This document shows positions 29,930 to 39,894 of a stretch of DNA of 62,088 bases, piece by piece (within the stretch, counting starts at the first letter, position 1; each line of letters opens with the position of its first letter). The notes under the pieces are model-generated. The model worked only from the letters and a program-made list of their open reading frames with translations, was not told the DNA's origin and ran no database searches. The stretch covers positions 1-62,088 of the forward strand of contig JBAZNZ010000011.1 in assembly GCA_041648975.1 (NCBI GenBank). The letters are read 5' to 3'. The position numbers were made by a program, and so were the translations under genes. This stretch comes from Candidatus Omnitrophota bacterium. Its GTDB lineage: Bacteria > Omnitrophota > Gorgyraeia > 2-01-FULL-45-10.

Positions 29930-31868
29930 CGCTGAATTTCCGTTTCACGGCGTCATACTCTTTCATCGTCGTATCGAGTCGAGAATAACAGGAGTCGATC
30001 TTATCCGCCAGTTCTTTCAATTCTCTCGAGAGTTCGCTTCTCCGGATGGCTCCGAGGCCGCCTAGTTTAGAAGATTTCGCGAGCTCCTCATTCACGGAAG
30101 CCATCCTTGCCTCGGAAGATACTATCTCATCCTCCAGGCTCTTGATCTTCGCCTCGAGAGGCTTTAAAACCTTCGACTTCATAGCGATAAACTCAGCGCG
30201 GGCCTTGCGAGACATCTTACTATCATGCCCTTTCGGTGCGCGTTCCGGCGGGCTTTTCGGCCCGGTCGATCCTGACAGCCGCTGTTTGGTTTCCGTCGCG
30301 CCGGCCCGGCCGGATGGGGCTTGAGGCTGGACAGGCTTAGATTCCGGATAGCTTTCAGCCTTTGCGGCGGGCGAACCTTCGTCGTCCTCCCATCCGATCC
30401 TGTCCAGGAACTCCCGGTAATTACCCGGATACAGGAATGCCCTGTCGTTCTTGAAGACGATCAGCTTCGTCGCCACTTCGTTCAGGAAATGCTCGTCGTG
30501 CGCCACTACAAGCGCCGCTCCCTCGAAATCCCGCACGGCATCCATCATCGCCTGGCAGGATTCGATGTCAAGATGGTGCGTGGGCTCATCCAGGAAAAGG
30601 ATGTTTGAAGGCGCCGCGAGTATCTTTCCCAACAGAACCCGGCTGCGCTCGCCGCCGGAGAGGACCTTTACCTTCTTCTCGGCGTCGTCTCCGGAAAACA
30701 TCATCGCTCCGCATATCCCGCGCACGCGCGATTTATCTATAAATGCCCTGCCGAGGCATATCTCCTCTTCCACGGTAAGGCCGTCGTTAAGGTCGGCTGT
30801 ATTGGCCTGCTCGTAATAAGCCGGGAGCGCCGCGGTGTGCGTCTTAACGCTGCCACCTACGGGCTTAAGCCGTCCGGAGAGCAATTTTAAGAGCGTCGTC
30901 TTGCCTTTGCCGTTCTTTCCCACGATGCCGATCTTGTCATGCCTGCTCACGATAAAGTTCAGGCCGTTTATGAGGTACGGTTCCTTGCCGTCGTATGAAA
31001 ACGCAAGGTCATTCACATCCATAACCTGCCCGGCGCGGAACGGCTCATAATTGAATGAGAACGACAACGTGCGGATCTCTTCGAGCTTCTCCAGTTTTTC
31101 CATCTTTTCAAGCTTCTTGATGTTCGACTGGACGGTCCTGGCGTGGCTCGCCTTCGAGCGGAACGTGTTCACATACTCCATGATCTGCTTGCGCTTCTTC
31201 TCGTCCTCCAGGCGCCTCTTCTCGTGCACCTCTTCGTCCTTATGAAGCTGCGCGTAATACTTCGCAGTCGACCCTTTCATCTTCCTCACCATGCCGCGAT
31301 GGATACCCACTATATGCGTCGACACGCTATCGACCAGGTCCCTGTCGTGGCTTATCACGATGAGTTCGCCTTTCCACGACCGCAGGAACTTCTCGAGCCA
31401 CCTGATCGAGACTATATCCAGGAAGTTCGTAGGTTCGTCGAGGAGGAGCATGCCGGGTTCGGAGACGAGGGCCTTGGTGAGGGCGATGCGCATCTGGAAC
31501 CCTCCGGAGAATTCCGACGGGCTATGATTGAGATCCTCTTCGCGGAAGCCCAGCCCTGAGAGTATCTTCTCCGCTTTCCATTCGGACCCGATCTCTTCAG
31601 GGCCCAATCCGACGCAGCCTTCTTCCAGCACGGTAGGCTTTGTGAACTTAAGGTGCTGGCCGAGATATCCTATGGAGTAATTCCTGGGCTTAAAGACCTT
31701 GCCCTCGTTGGGCTCCTCTTCGCCGGTGATTATCCTGAAAAGCGTGGTCTTCCCCTGTCCGTTGCGGCCCACGAGCCCGATCTTCTCGCCCGCAAGGACA
31801 TCGAAACTCACGTCGGAGAAGAGCACGCGTGTGCCGTACCGCTTACTGATATTCTTTACTGCTATCAT
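29919..31868 (-). CDS. ABC-F family ATPase (two NBDs, no TMD; Uup/EttA-like) with C-terminal coiled coil
   Basis: 649 aa. NBD1 has GRNGQGKTT / FSGGFQMR / LLLDEPTN. NBD2 has GKNGKGKTT / LSGGERSR / LFLDEPTH. Confidence 0.9.
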   Translation of the reverse strand: MIAVKNISKRYGTRVLFSDVSFDVLAGEKIGLVGRNGQGKTTLFRIITGEEEPNEGKVFKPRNYSIGYLGQHLKFTKPTVLEEGCVGLGPEEIGSEWKAEKILSGLGFREEDLNHSPSEFSGGFQMRIALTKALVSEPGMLLLDEPTNFLDIVSIRWLEKFLRSWKGELIVISHDRDLVDSVSTHIVGIHRGMVRKMKGSTAKYYAQLHKDEEVHEKRRLEDEKKRKQIMEYVNTFRSKASHARTVQSNIKKLEKMEKLEKLEEIRTLSFSFNYEPFRAGQVMDVNDLAFSYDGKEPYLINGLNFIVSRHDKIGIVGKNGKGKTTLLKLLSGRLKPVGGSVKTHTAALPAYYEQANTADLNDGLTVEEEICLGRAFIDKSRVRGICGAMMFSGDDAEKKVKVLSGGERSRVLLGKILAAPSNILFLDEPTHHLDIESCQAMMDAVRDFEGAALVVAHDEHFLNEVATKLIVFKNDRAFLYPGNYREFLDRIGWEDDEGSPAAKAESYPESKPVQPQAPSGRAGATETKQRLSGSTGPKSPPERAPKGHDSKMSRKARAEFIAMKSKVLKPLEAKIKSLEDEIVSSEARMASVNEELAKSSKLGGLGAIRRSELSRELKELADKIDSCYSRLDTTMKEYDAVKRKFSDEI

Positions 31869-32698
31869 CTTTTTCCCCGGTAACGAACTGCTTCATAGAG
31901 GCATATAGCGGAGGCGCTGGCGACATTCAGCGAATCGATCGTCTTTGAGATAGGGATGCGGACCTCGGCGTCGGCGATATTCAATACCTGGCGCGATACT
32001 CCTTTATCCTCGTTGCCGAAGACAAAACAGATATTGCCGGAGAGCCCGGCCTTGGCGATATCGTCCGTGCCTTTGTCGGGAGTGGCGGCGATTATACGTA
32101 TATCAAATTTTTTCTTAAGCCTGACAAGGCTTGAAGCCAGGCCGCGTTCATAGCAGACCGGCAGCCTGAAGATAGCGCCCATCGAGACGCGAACGGCTTT
32201 CCGGTAATACGGATCGTATGTCTCGTTATCGACTATAAGCGCCTGGACCCCGAACGCGGCCGCGTTACGCGCTATGAGCCCGACATTCTGCGGGTCATTT
32301 ACGGCATTCAGCGCGACGAGGAATAACGGGCGCCTGAGAGTTTCCACCGTATTGGCGACTGTAAGTTTTTTGGGGCAATACCCAATGGCCATGATACCCT
32401 TATGAAAACGAAAACCTATGATCTCCTCTATCAACTTATCGGCCGCAACGTAAGTAGCGGCTCCTTTCGAAGCCATCATAGCAAGGAGTCCCTTGTATCT
32501 GGGGACCGTTCCTCTGGCCGTAAGGCATGACGCTATCCGGCATCCGCTCTGGACCATGCTGTTAACTACCTTCTCCCCTTCAGCTATAAAGATACCTTCC
32601 TTTTCCAGCTGTTTTCCCTTAAGAGAGCGGTATGACGCCAGGCGCGGATCATCCGCGTCCTGTATAGAGATAAAAGTCGACCTTGGTTTAGCTGTCAT
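31865..32698 (-). CDS. TrmH/SpoU-family RNA 2'-O-methyltransferase (RlmB-like)
   Basis: 277 aa with C-terminal SPOUT blocks GNEDKGVS and IPI...DSLNVASA..I.LYE. It shares an ATGA stop/start overlap with the ABC-F gene. Confidence 0.8.
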   Translation of the reverse strand: MTAKPRSTFISIQDADDPRLASYRSLKGKQLEKEGIFIAEGEKVVNSMVQSGCRIASCLTARGTVPRYKGLLAMMASKGAATYVAADKLIEEIIGFRFHKGIMAIGYCPKKLTVANTVETLRRPLFLVALNAVNDPQNVGLIARNAAAFGVQALIVDNETYDPYYRKAVRVSMGAIFRLPVCYERGLASSLVRLKKKFDIRIIAATPDKGTDDIAKAGLSGNICFVFGNEDKGVSRQVLNIADAEVRIPISKTIDSLNVASASAICLYEAVRYRGKR

Positions 32699-32731
32699 TT
32701 TCCGGTGCTTCCTTTCCGTTGCATTTTATAT

Positions 32732-32760
32732 ATTATACTTCCAAACAGCATATATGTAAA
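32732..32760 (-). promoter_or_regulatory. sigma70-like promoter for the trmH/ABC-F/rSAM operon
   Basis: Minus strand reads TTTACA (32760-32755), a 17-nt spacer, then TATAAT (32737-32732), about 35 nt upstream of the ATG at 32698. Confidence 0.6.
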
Positions 32761-32826
32761 GTCATCATAACTTGTTCAAGTCTTAATCACTTTACTTATG
32801 GTCTGTTTTGGTATAAGATTTATTAT

Positions 32827-33663
32827 ATGGAAGTGAAAAATTGTTATAATTGCGGATCTTCTGACCACCTATTTTACGCTGAGGAGAATGGCTTTAACCT
32901 GGTGAAATGCGCCGGATGCGGCTTATTATTCGTAAAGAACCGTCCGGATGACGATCAAATATCCCAGGCGCATAAACAGGGCAAACATGGCGGCGTAAAC
33001 ACATTTGACATGACCGGCAATTTTGATAATAGCAAAATATCAAAATATTTAAATATTCTTGACGACATGTTTAAGGGGAATCTGGGAAATAAAACAACGT
33101 GGCTTGACATCGGTTGCGGACACGGCGAGTTCATAATGGCTGTTCAAAAATACAGCTATGGAAAAATTACCGCTACAGGGACGGAGCCGAATATCAAAAA
33201 ACAGGGGTCAGCGCGCAGGAGAGGCTTGAACGTCGGCTATTTCGATATAGACTCCCATAGCGAAAAGTACGATGTCGTATCAATGTTGAATGTATATTCA
33301 CATCTTCCCAACCCTCCTTCATTTATCAGGTCTGCGCGAAAATTATTGAAAAAGGGCGGCGAGCTTATTTTAGAGACAGGAGATACCGCAAATTTTTCCG
33401 CGGCGGATCACTATAAGCCTTTCTTTCTGCCGGATCACTTGAGCTTCGCATCCGAAAAGATCGTTGTGAATATACTGGAGCGCATGGATTTTGAGATCTT
33501 AAGCGTACAGAAATACCCCCTCATAGGATGCGGTTTAGGCACTATTGCCAAAGAACTTATTAAAGCCCTGCTGCCCAAACATAAGTCCCGGATATGGTCG
33601 TGTTTCAGGCAAAAAATGTATTCAAAAGCAGACATGTTTATACGGAGCGGATTAAAGGATTAG
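32827..33663 (+). CDS. class I SAM-dependent methyltransferase with N-terminal zinc ribbon
   Basis: From the ATG at 32827 it reads MEVKNCYNCGS...KCAGCG, then motif I DIGCGHG. The track ORF starts at an upstream TTG at 32719. Confidence 0.75.
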   Translation: MEVKNCYNCGSSDHLFYAEENGFNLVKCAGCGLLFVKNRPDDDQISQAHKQGKHGGVNTFDMTGNFDNSKISKYLNILDDMFKGNLGNKTTWLDIGCGHGEFIMAVQKYSYGKITATGTEPNIKKQGSARRRGLNVGYFDIDSHSEKYDVVSMLNVYSHLPNPPSFIRSARKLLKKGGELILETGDTANFSAADHYKPFFLPDHLSFASEKIVVNILERMDFEILSVQKYPLIGCGLGTIAKELIKALLPKHKSRIWSCFRQKMYSKADMFIRSGLKD

Positions 33664-33674
33664 AAATCGCGTTT

Positions 33675-33860
33675 TTATCTTTCGCGGATAAAAAGTCCGT
33701 CCACCTGAAGAAGCTCTGCAGTATCGGGATGGCGCAATTCCGACAAATGGCCGCGATAGACAAAACCTCTTTTGCATCCATACCGCAAATACGCCTTGAA
33801 TGCGCAGTGTATTGAAAGTACCATCAGTAATTGTTCAAGCCTTCTACAGAATTGATTTCA
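33675..33860 (-). pseudogene. possible C-terminal fragment of a GNAT-type acetyltransferase (tentative)
   Basis: My minus-strand translation is ...LSIHCAFKAYLRYGCKRGFVYRGHLSELRHPDTAELLQVDGLFIRER*. It loosely fits the GNAT C-terminal pattern (A..Y...GF...G). There is no N-terminal part, and it is squeezed between convergent genes. Confidence 0.3.
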
Positions 33861-33871
33861 AATATCCGCCA

Positions 33872-34816
33872 TCACAACCATTTGGAAATTATATTTTTTG
33901 CGCTTTTCCGGGCAGAATAAAAAAATCGTTGTAATTTATAAAACGCCCTCGTCGTTACGTTCGGCATCGTCCTCTTCATATGCTCTTCCACTATTTTTAC
34001 TACACACGGATCTTCTTCCGGTTTTACCTTTTCTACTACGATAGGACGGTCAGACATATTTACACTATATAACTTTGCATAAGGTGTCACATTATGACTA
34101 GAGTCCGGGGCAATCCCTATATGATCGACAAGGGACCTGCCGGGGAAAAGATTCAAGCTATTTCTCAGATATGAGGACGCATACCAGCGGGCAGCCCACG
34201 CATCGCTCAGGCCCGTAGACTGCTTTTTAAGCGTGCGCATGAATGGGTACATTCCATTCATGTCAAATGCTTTGCCGCATTTCAATTCTTCCAATTTACG
34301 CAAAAGCTTTTTCCCATCCTTCTCGAAAAAACCCCAGGCTCTCTTCCATGTCGCCCATCCATAAGAGGAAAACATTTTTAAAAAAAAGGTTTCCGGAATT
34401 TTTCCAGTTACTCCGAAAAAGTGACCGCATACACTGCTTACCCTGTCTTCATTGCTGTATAGCTCCAAGGCTTCGTTCATAAATTTCAAAAAATACGGAG
34501 ACAGGTCCAGGTCGTCTTCCAAAACAATTACCCTATCGCGCATATTTACGATTTCGGTAACCCCGCTGATTATCGATTCGGCCAATCCAAGATTAGTGTC
34601 CTTTTCGATAATTTCTATTTTTTTAAATCCGTCCACTTTTCGTAAAAATTCCCTCATTTCAGATACGCGTTTTTCATCATAATTGGATTTTGGACCATCT
34701 GAAAATACAAAAAGATCGCTCTCGCCAGCCAAAAGGTTTTTTTGTAAAGCCTCGATGGTCCTCTTGGCAAAGAAAACTCGGTTATAAACAAATAATGCTA
34801 TGGGTGCAAGCCTCAT
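33872..34816 (-). CDS. GT-A fold glycosyltransferase, GnT-I (GT13)-like
   Basis: 314 aa. PIALFVYNR... and VLEDDLDLSPYF resemble the GnT-I EDD block (recall). Confidence 0.55.
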   Translation of the reverse strand: MRLAPIALFVYNRVFFAKRTIEALQKNLLAGESDLFVFSDGPKSNYDEKRVSEMREFLRKVDGFKKIEIIEKDTNLGLAESIISGVTEIVNMRDRVIVLEDDLDLSPYFLKFMNEALELYSNEDRVSSVCGHFFGVTGKIPETFFLKMFSSYGWATWKRAWGFFEKDGKKLLRKLEELKCGKAFDMNGMYPFMRTLKKQSTGLSDAWAARWYASSYLRNSLNLFPGRSLVDHIGIAPDSSHNVTPYAKLYSVNMSDRPIVVEKVKPEEDPCVVKIVEEHMKRTMPNVTTRAFYKLQRFFYSARKSAKNIISKWL

Positions 34817-35652
34817 TTTTTAACACCTGCGATAACCAGAAGACGGTTAAATACATTACGGAAATATCTTACGAATATGATCAACAGGTCACGGGTAAAA
34901 GACACAACCCAGAATCTTGAATGTTTTCTATTGAAAATATAACGGGTCCGGATATTAAACGGATTTTTTATTGCGAAAATCCATTTTGCATACTCGATGG
35001 GATTGATTATATATAAACGCATCTTTTCTTCCTTGCTTTCGTTCGCATAGACAACCGATTTAGCGCACACTATCAGATCGAAACCGGCCTTTTTGGCGTT
35101 AATGCTGAAATCTTCGTCTGCCGCCGATTGAGGCAACGCTTCATCAAAAAAACCTATTTTTTCGAACACAGGGACAGGTATGAGCATTCCCCTCCCTACT
35201 AACATATCCATCTTGATAGCTTCCTGCCCTTCAGGCAACTTACACCCCTTGTTTTTCATAACAGGAAAAGTAATGTTTCCTGATTTTATATCTATGGCAA
35301 GCGCGCCGATTAAAAGACCCGGATTATTTCCGGCGCATTTCACGATATTCGCCAGAAAATCATCCCTGATCTCGACATCATCATTTAACGTCAATATGAA
35401 GTCTTCTTTTTTGCACCCCGGCAGCACACTCTTTATCCCTAAATTGACAGATTTTGTCCACCATAGATTTCCATCCCCGCTCAGCAAGACAACGTCGGGG
35501 AATTCGTTCCTTACCATATCGCCTGTGCCGTCGCTGGAACCATCGTTAATTACAACGCATTTAAAATCTGTGAACGTCTGTCTCTTTAAACAGGCAAGGC
35601 AGTTTCGAGTTAGCTCTCTTCGATTATGTACCGGAATTATAATATGAATCAT
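34813..35652 (-). CDS. family 2 glycosyltransferase
   Basis: 279 aa with IIIPVHNR, a DGSSDGT block and LNDDVE. Confidence 0.8.
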   Translation of the reverse strand: MIHIIIPVHNRRELTRNCLACLKRQTFTDFKCVVINDGSSDGTGDMVRNEFPDVVLLSGDGNLWWTKSVNLGIKSVLPGCKKEDFILTLNDDVEIRDDFLANIVKCAGNNPGLLIGALAIDIKSGNITFPVMKNKGCKLPEGQEAIKMDMLVGRGMLIPVPVFEKIGFFDEALPQSAADEDFSINAKKAGFDLIVCAKSVVYANESKEEKMRLYIINPIEYAKWIFAIKNPFNIRTRYIFNRKHSRFWVVSFTRDLLIIFVRYFRNVFNRLLVIAGVKK

Positions 35653-36854
35653 AATAATGTACTCTTTGTCTCATTATTTTGCAAACATACAAAAGCTAAT
35701 CCCAATATAGCAAAAACAAATTCCGGTAACTCATAGGAAAGGGACCAAAGAAAAGCGCTGGACAAAAAAGAGAATAATGCAATATTTTCCAAAGAATATT
35801 GTTGTAATTTCAAAAACCTAACCACATAATACACAAACGAACCAAAGATAAGCCATAGACCAAATATTCCATTATATAGTAAAGCCGTTAAGTACCCGCT
35901 ATGGAAATGATGGCCGGTTAGTTTACCTGGGATAAAGTCATATAGTGGTGGTAACTCAAATCCTTTGAAACGCATGCCGAATAAAGAATTTTTTGCAATA
36001 AACGGCATATAGTATTTATATTGTTCATAGCGCCAGGCGCCTGTTCCTTTTTCTTTAAATTCAGATATCTCCTTAAACCTCATGTTCAAAAACTCCATAA
36101 TCTTATCATATTTTTCTCCTCCAAAAATTACAGCATGCGACAATATGACTAATATTATAAGAATTGCGAAAAAAGAGAGTCGAATATGCTTGTTTTTCAA
36201 ATCTACATTCTTACACCTCAGCAATAAAATGCTGAATATAGATAATGACCAAATACTGCATATCCATACAGTCCTGTGTTGTTCTATAAGGATTATGAAA
36301 AAATTAGTTATGATAAAAGCAATATTAATCTTTCTCCCGTTTTGAAAATAACTAATTATTAAAAGAAGATTAGCCAGAAGTAATAAATATACATAATGAG
36401 CGGCTGTGGCCCTTTTAACCTCGAAAATATTGGATAAATAAGTCGTCTTACTAAGTATAATAATATATACAATGCCACATGCCGAATAGCACAATCTTCT
36501 TATGAATCGCATTACGTCACGTTGATCCGAAAACAAGCCATAAAAAGCAAAAGTATATAATATATAACTCAAAAATAAAATAATATGCGGATATAACATA
36601 ATTTTACCGTATCGCAAAATAGATTCCGTGGATAAAAACATATAGCAAATCAACAAAAATATAAAATTTATCTTAAAATACCTAACATTCATTTTATTTG
36701 TTACAAAATAAAACAGCGATACTAGAAAACAAAACAATATCCCATAGTCTTCTAACATGCCGAATAACTTTCTTTCGGGATCAAGCAAATCCGTTGAGAA
36801 TATGAGACACAACAGATAAGCCAGGATTAGAAAGCTAATTATTTTTTTTTCCAT
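35649..36854 (-). CDS. O-antigen polymerase/ligase-like (Wzy/WaaL family) polytopic membrane protein
   Basis: 401 aa, very AT-rich, with ten or more hydrophobic segments and one larger loop. It sits inside the glycosyltransferase cluster. Confidence 0.55.
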   Translation of the reverse strand: MEKKIISFLILAYLLCLIFSTDLLDPERKLFGMLEDYGILFCFLVSLFYFVTNKMNVRYFKINFIFLLICYMFLSTESILRYGKIMLYPHIILFLSYILYTFAFYGLFSDQRDVMRFIRRLCYSACGIVYIIILSKTTYLSNIFEVKRATAAHYVYLLLLANLLLIISYFQNGRKINIAFIITNFFIILIEQHRTVWICSIWSLSIFSILLLRCKNVDLKNKHIRLSFFAILIILVILSHAVIFGGEKYDKIMEFLNMRFKEISEFKEKGTGAWRYEQYKYYMPFIAKNSLFGMRFKGFELPPLYDFIPGKLTGHHFHSGYLTALLYNGIFGLWLIFGSFVYYVVRFLKLQQYSLENIALFSFLSSAFLWSLSYELPEFVFAILGLAFVCLQNNETKSTLL

Positions 36855-36911
36855 TACACATATCCAGTTTAATTATTACATTTATCCCGACTTTTCAATA
36901 TCTATTGACCG

Positions 36912-37556
36912 CTATAAATGCAGTGACATTTCGCTGAATACCATAATATTATTAATATACCAATAAAAAATATCCGGTATGCTTGATAGTTTTTTTCTTA
37001 ATTTATCCGTACGATTTTTGTCGAATTCAAAATTGTATTTTTTGAATCTCTCAATCCACCATACATAAGGCTTTTCATTACAGTGGTCTGTGCCTCCTTG
37101 ACCTACGGGTGCGGCTCCAAATAGGATGGTAGAACTTGACATAATCAAATTGTTAATAAGCATATCAGAATATTTTTCTTCTATATGCTCTCCCACTTCT
37201 AAGCACATACATAAATCATATTTATGCGTAACGGTATACTTTCTCCTTATGTCGAATAATACAAAATTTTTAACATTTATTCTGGAATATTTTCTATTGG
37301 CTTCGCTACCGTCAATTCCTAAGATTTCTATTCCTTTTCTTTCAAAATATTCCAATATGGTTGCTGTGCCGCACCCAAAGTCAACAACTGATTGCGGATG
37401 AAATTCAATATCAATAATTTCGCCCATTTTGTTGGCGAATTTTAAACCCTGAAGATTTTCAATAGCAAAAGGTTCATTATAAATAAAGTTAATATCTTTT
37501 TTAAAAATTTTTAATATTTTAATACGCGCTTTTTTTATAAAGCTCCTTAACCTCAT
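36912..37556 (-). CDS. class I SAM-dependent methyltransferase
   Basis: 214 aa with motif I VVDFGCGTA and the later block LEVGEHI. Confidence 0.7.
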   Translation of the reverse strand: MRLRSFIKKARIKILKIFKKDINFIYNEPFAIENLQGLKFANKMGEIIDIEFHPQSVVDFGCGTATILEYFERKGIEILGIDGSEANRKYSRINVKNFVLFDIRRKYTVTHKYDLCMCLEVGEHIEEKYSDMLINNLIMSSSTILFGAAPVGQGGTDHCNEKPYVWWIERFKKYNFEFDKNRTDKLRKKLSSIPDIFYWYINNIMVFSEMSLHL

Positions 37557-37607
37557 ACGACTTTCCTTTCATTTATACACAATACTAGTTTAACCCAAAA
37601 CGATTTT

Positions 37608-38576
37608 TTATCCATTTTTATGCATGAAGATTTGTAACGTCATCACTTGCTTTAAAGTCTGAGTAATATAGCCCGCGCACCTTATTATTTTACATTCTAA
37701 TAAAATAATGCGTTTTTCATCGTTACCCGATATGTACCCCAAGCGATATACCAAGTATTTAAGCATATAGTACATAACGTGGAGGATTTTTTTAATGGCT
37801 ATTATCAGGCCAAACTTTACGCCTCTTTCATGCAAATCAATAATCGCTTCGGATATGCCTTCCTGATACAGTCTGTTCCTAAGCCAGTTTTTGTTTAGCC
37901 GTGAAAGATGAAGCTTATGATGGATTACCGCATCCGGTGAATAATAAATCATGCCTCCCTCTCGTCGTACTTTACAGCAAATATCAGTTTCATCTCTGGA
38001 TAACAATAAATTATCCTTTCTGCCTATACTGGTATTGAACAGCCCTATTTTATCAAATATTTTCTTTTTAAACGACATATTTGCTCCAACAGGATAGCAT
38101 TTATCCTTAAGCAATAAGTATTTATCTCCAAGATCAAATCTTCCCGTTACGAAATATGCTATTTCATCCGGCAGCCACTTGGGCATGTCGGTATACCCCA
38201 ACGGCAGTATCTTGCCTCCAACAACATCAGCATCATATTCATCATAGGCTTTTAATAGATTTTTTAACCATTTTTTATCTGCCACAGCATCGTCATCAAT
38301 AAAAGCCACTATATCCGCTTCGGAATATTTGAGTCCGGCATTCCTGGCAAACGAAAGTCCGATTTGATTCTCAATTATATGTTTTATTCTAGGAGCTTGA
38401 ATGTGAAGATATTTGTCGACTAATTTTTTGGTATCATCCTGCGAGGCGTTATCGACTACTATAATCTCATATTTATCCTTATCAAAATCTTGGTCAGCAA
38501 GGCTCTTTAAAGAATTCTCTAGATCTTGATATCGGTCTTTAGTGCAAATGATTGCGGATATAAGAGGCTTAGGCAT
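37608..38576 (-). CDS. family 2 glycosyltransferase
   Basis: 322 aa with SAIICTKDR, VDNASQDDT and FIDDDAV. Confidence 0.8.
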   Translation of the reverse strand: MPKPLISAIICTKDRYQDLENSLKSLADQDFDKDKYEIIVVDNASQDDTKKLVDKYLHIQAPRIKHIIENQIGLSFARNAGLKYSEADIVAFIDDDAVADKKWLKNLLKAYDEYDADVVGGKILPLGYTDMPKWLPDEIAYFVTGRFDLGDKYLLLKDKCYPVGANMSFKKKIFDKIGLFNTSIGRKDNLLLSRDETDICCKVRREGGMIYYSPDAVIHHKLHLSRLNKNWLRNRLYQEGISEAIIDLHERGVKFGLIIAIKKILHVMYYMLKYLVYRLGYISGNDEKRIILLECKIIRCAGYITQTLKQVMTLQIFMHKNG

Positions 38577-38637
38577 AGTTACTATTTTTTACCCCATTAG
38601 CATACGCTGCATAAGTCAAGTCTATTTTAATTAATAA

Positions 38638-39894
38638 CTAATGTCCTTTTATGATCTTTTTAATTGCATTCTTAACATCCTCTATCGTAACTTGCGCAAT
38701 ACAATGTGATTCGGAGCTAACACAATCATATACACATGGGCTGAGCGGATGTCTCGGATTAACTATAACACAGCGAGTTTTCCAAGGCGCGAACCTAAAT
38801 GGGGATTTTGCCGAGAATTTGTTTCCGGAATCCGACCAGGAGCTTATTTCTATTACCGGAATCTTCATTGCCGCTGCTATATGCATTACACCTGTATCGT
38901 TTCCAAGATAAAATCTGCAATATTTCAATAAACCCGCTGTTTGTCGAAGGGTCGTTTCACCCATTATATTTATTATTCTGTCTGAGAATTCCTTTTTAAT
39001 ATTATTTTCGATATAATCGCCTATTAATCGCTCATTTTTATTACCCAAAAGAACTATTTTAGACGCTGTTTCTTTTAAAAACCAATCGAGCATATCCAAA
39101 TACCTTTCTTTTGGCCACATCCTAAGATTTTCTTGTGCAGCGGGGCCAATTCCTACGAAAAAACATTTTGCATCTATGTTAAATCGCCGTAACAACGACT
39201 GTGCAAAAGTCGAATCATCTTCTTTTAACCAGAGTTCTAAATTATCCCTTTCAATTTTTCCTCCGATAAACGTGATAACATCTAAATTGTGCTCAACCTC
39301 ATGCTTAAGAGTTTTATCTGATATTACATGAGTAAAAAGAATATCATATCTTTTGTTCAATTCAATTTTTTCAGGCCTTACATTTTCAGAATACCCTACT
39401 CTTAACCTGGCTCCGCTAAAATATATTATAAATGAACTATTACGGTTATCAACATCCCAGCGAGGTAAGATCGATAAATCAAAACGTCTTTTCCAAAGAT
39501 GAAAAATAGAAAATTTTAGAGCGCTGATGTGCCACATTAAGTATGCAAAGATACCGGGCTCTTTCCAATCATGTGTTAATATCTCATCAACATATGGGCA
39601 AAGTTTTACTAAATTAAGAGCTTCAGGCCTTACTATCAACGTAATCCGCGCATTAGGTAAATTTTTGCGCAGCTCTCTTAAAAAAGGTGTAGTTAATACT
39701 ACATCGCCAATCCCGTCGAGGCGTACAACCAATACCCGTTTTAAATGAGGCATGTCGATCTTTTTTCTATTCCAACGCCTGCCAAGAATCCAAAAGACCG
39801 GCTCACCGATAAAGAAAATAAACAAAGGCAAGGGGAAGATAATCAATATCCGTCGGATAACGATTTTACAAAGAGTTATGACCTTGTTTGACAT
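38638..39894 (-). CDS. family 9 glycosyltransferase (heptosyltransferase-like)
   Basis: RLDGIGDVVLTTPFLRELRKN and GNDTGVMHIAAAM are GT9 hallmarks. The start is uncertain: TTG 39921, ATG 39894 or ATG 39753 (MPHLKRVLVV, the classic GT9 N-terminus). Confidence 0.8.
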   Translation of the reverse strand: MSNKVITLCKIVIRRILIIFPLPLFIFFIGEPVFWILGRRWNRKKIDMPHLKRVLVVRLDGIGDVVLTTPFLRELRKNLPNARITLIVRPEALNLVKLCPYVDEILTHDWKEPGIFAYLMWHISALKFSIFHLWKRRFDLSILPRWDVDNRNSSFIIYFSGARLRVGYSENVRPEKIELNKRYDILFTHVISDKTLKHEVEHNLDVITFIGGKIERDNLELWLKEDDSTFAQSLLRRFNIDAKCFFVGIGPAAQENLRMWPKERYLDMLDWFLKETASKIVLLGNKNERLIGDYIENNIKKEFSDRIINIMGETTLRQTAGLLKYCRFYLGNDTGVMHIAAAMKIPVIEISSWSDSGNKFSAKSPFRFAPWKTRCVIVNPRHPLSPCVYDCVSSESHCIAQVTIEDVKNAIKKIIKGH

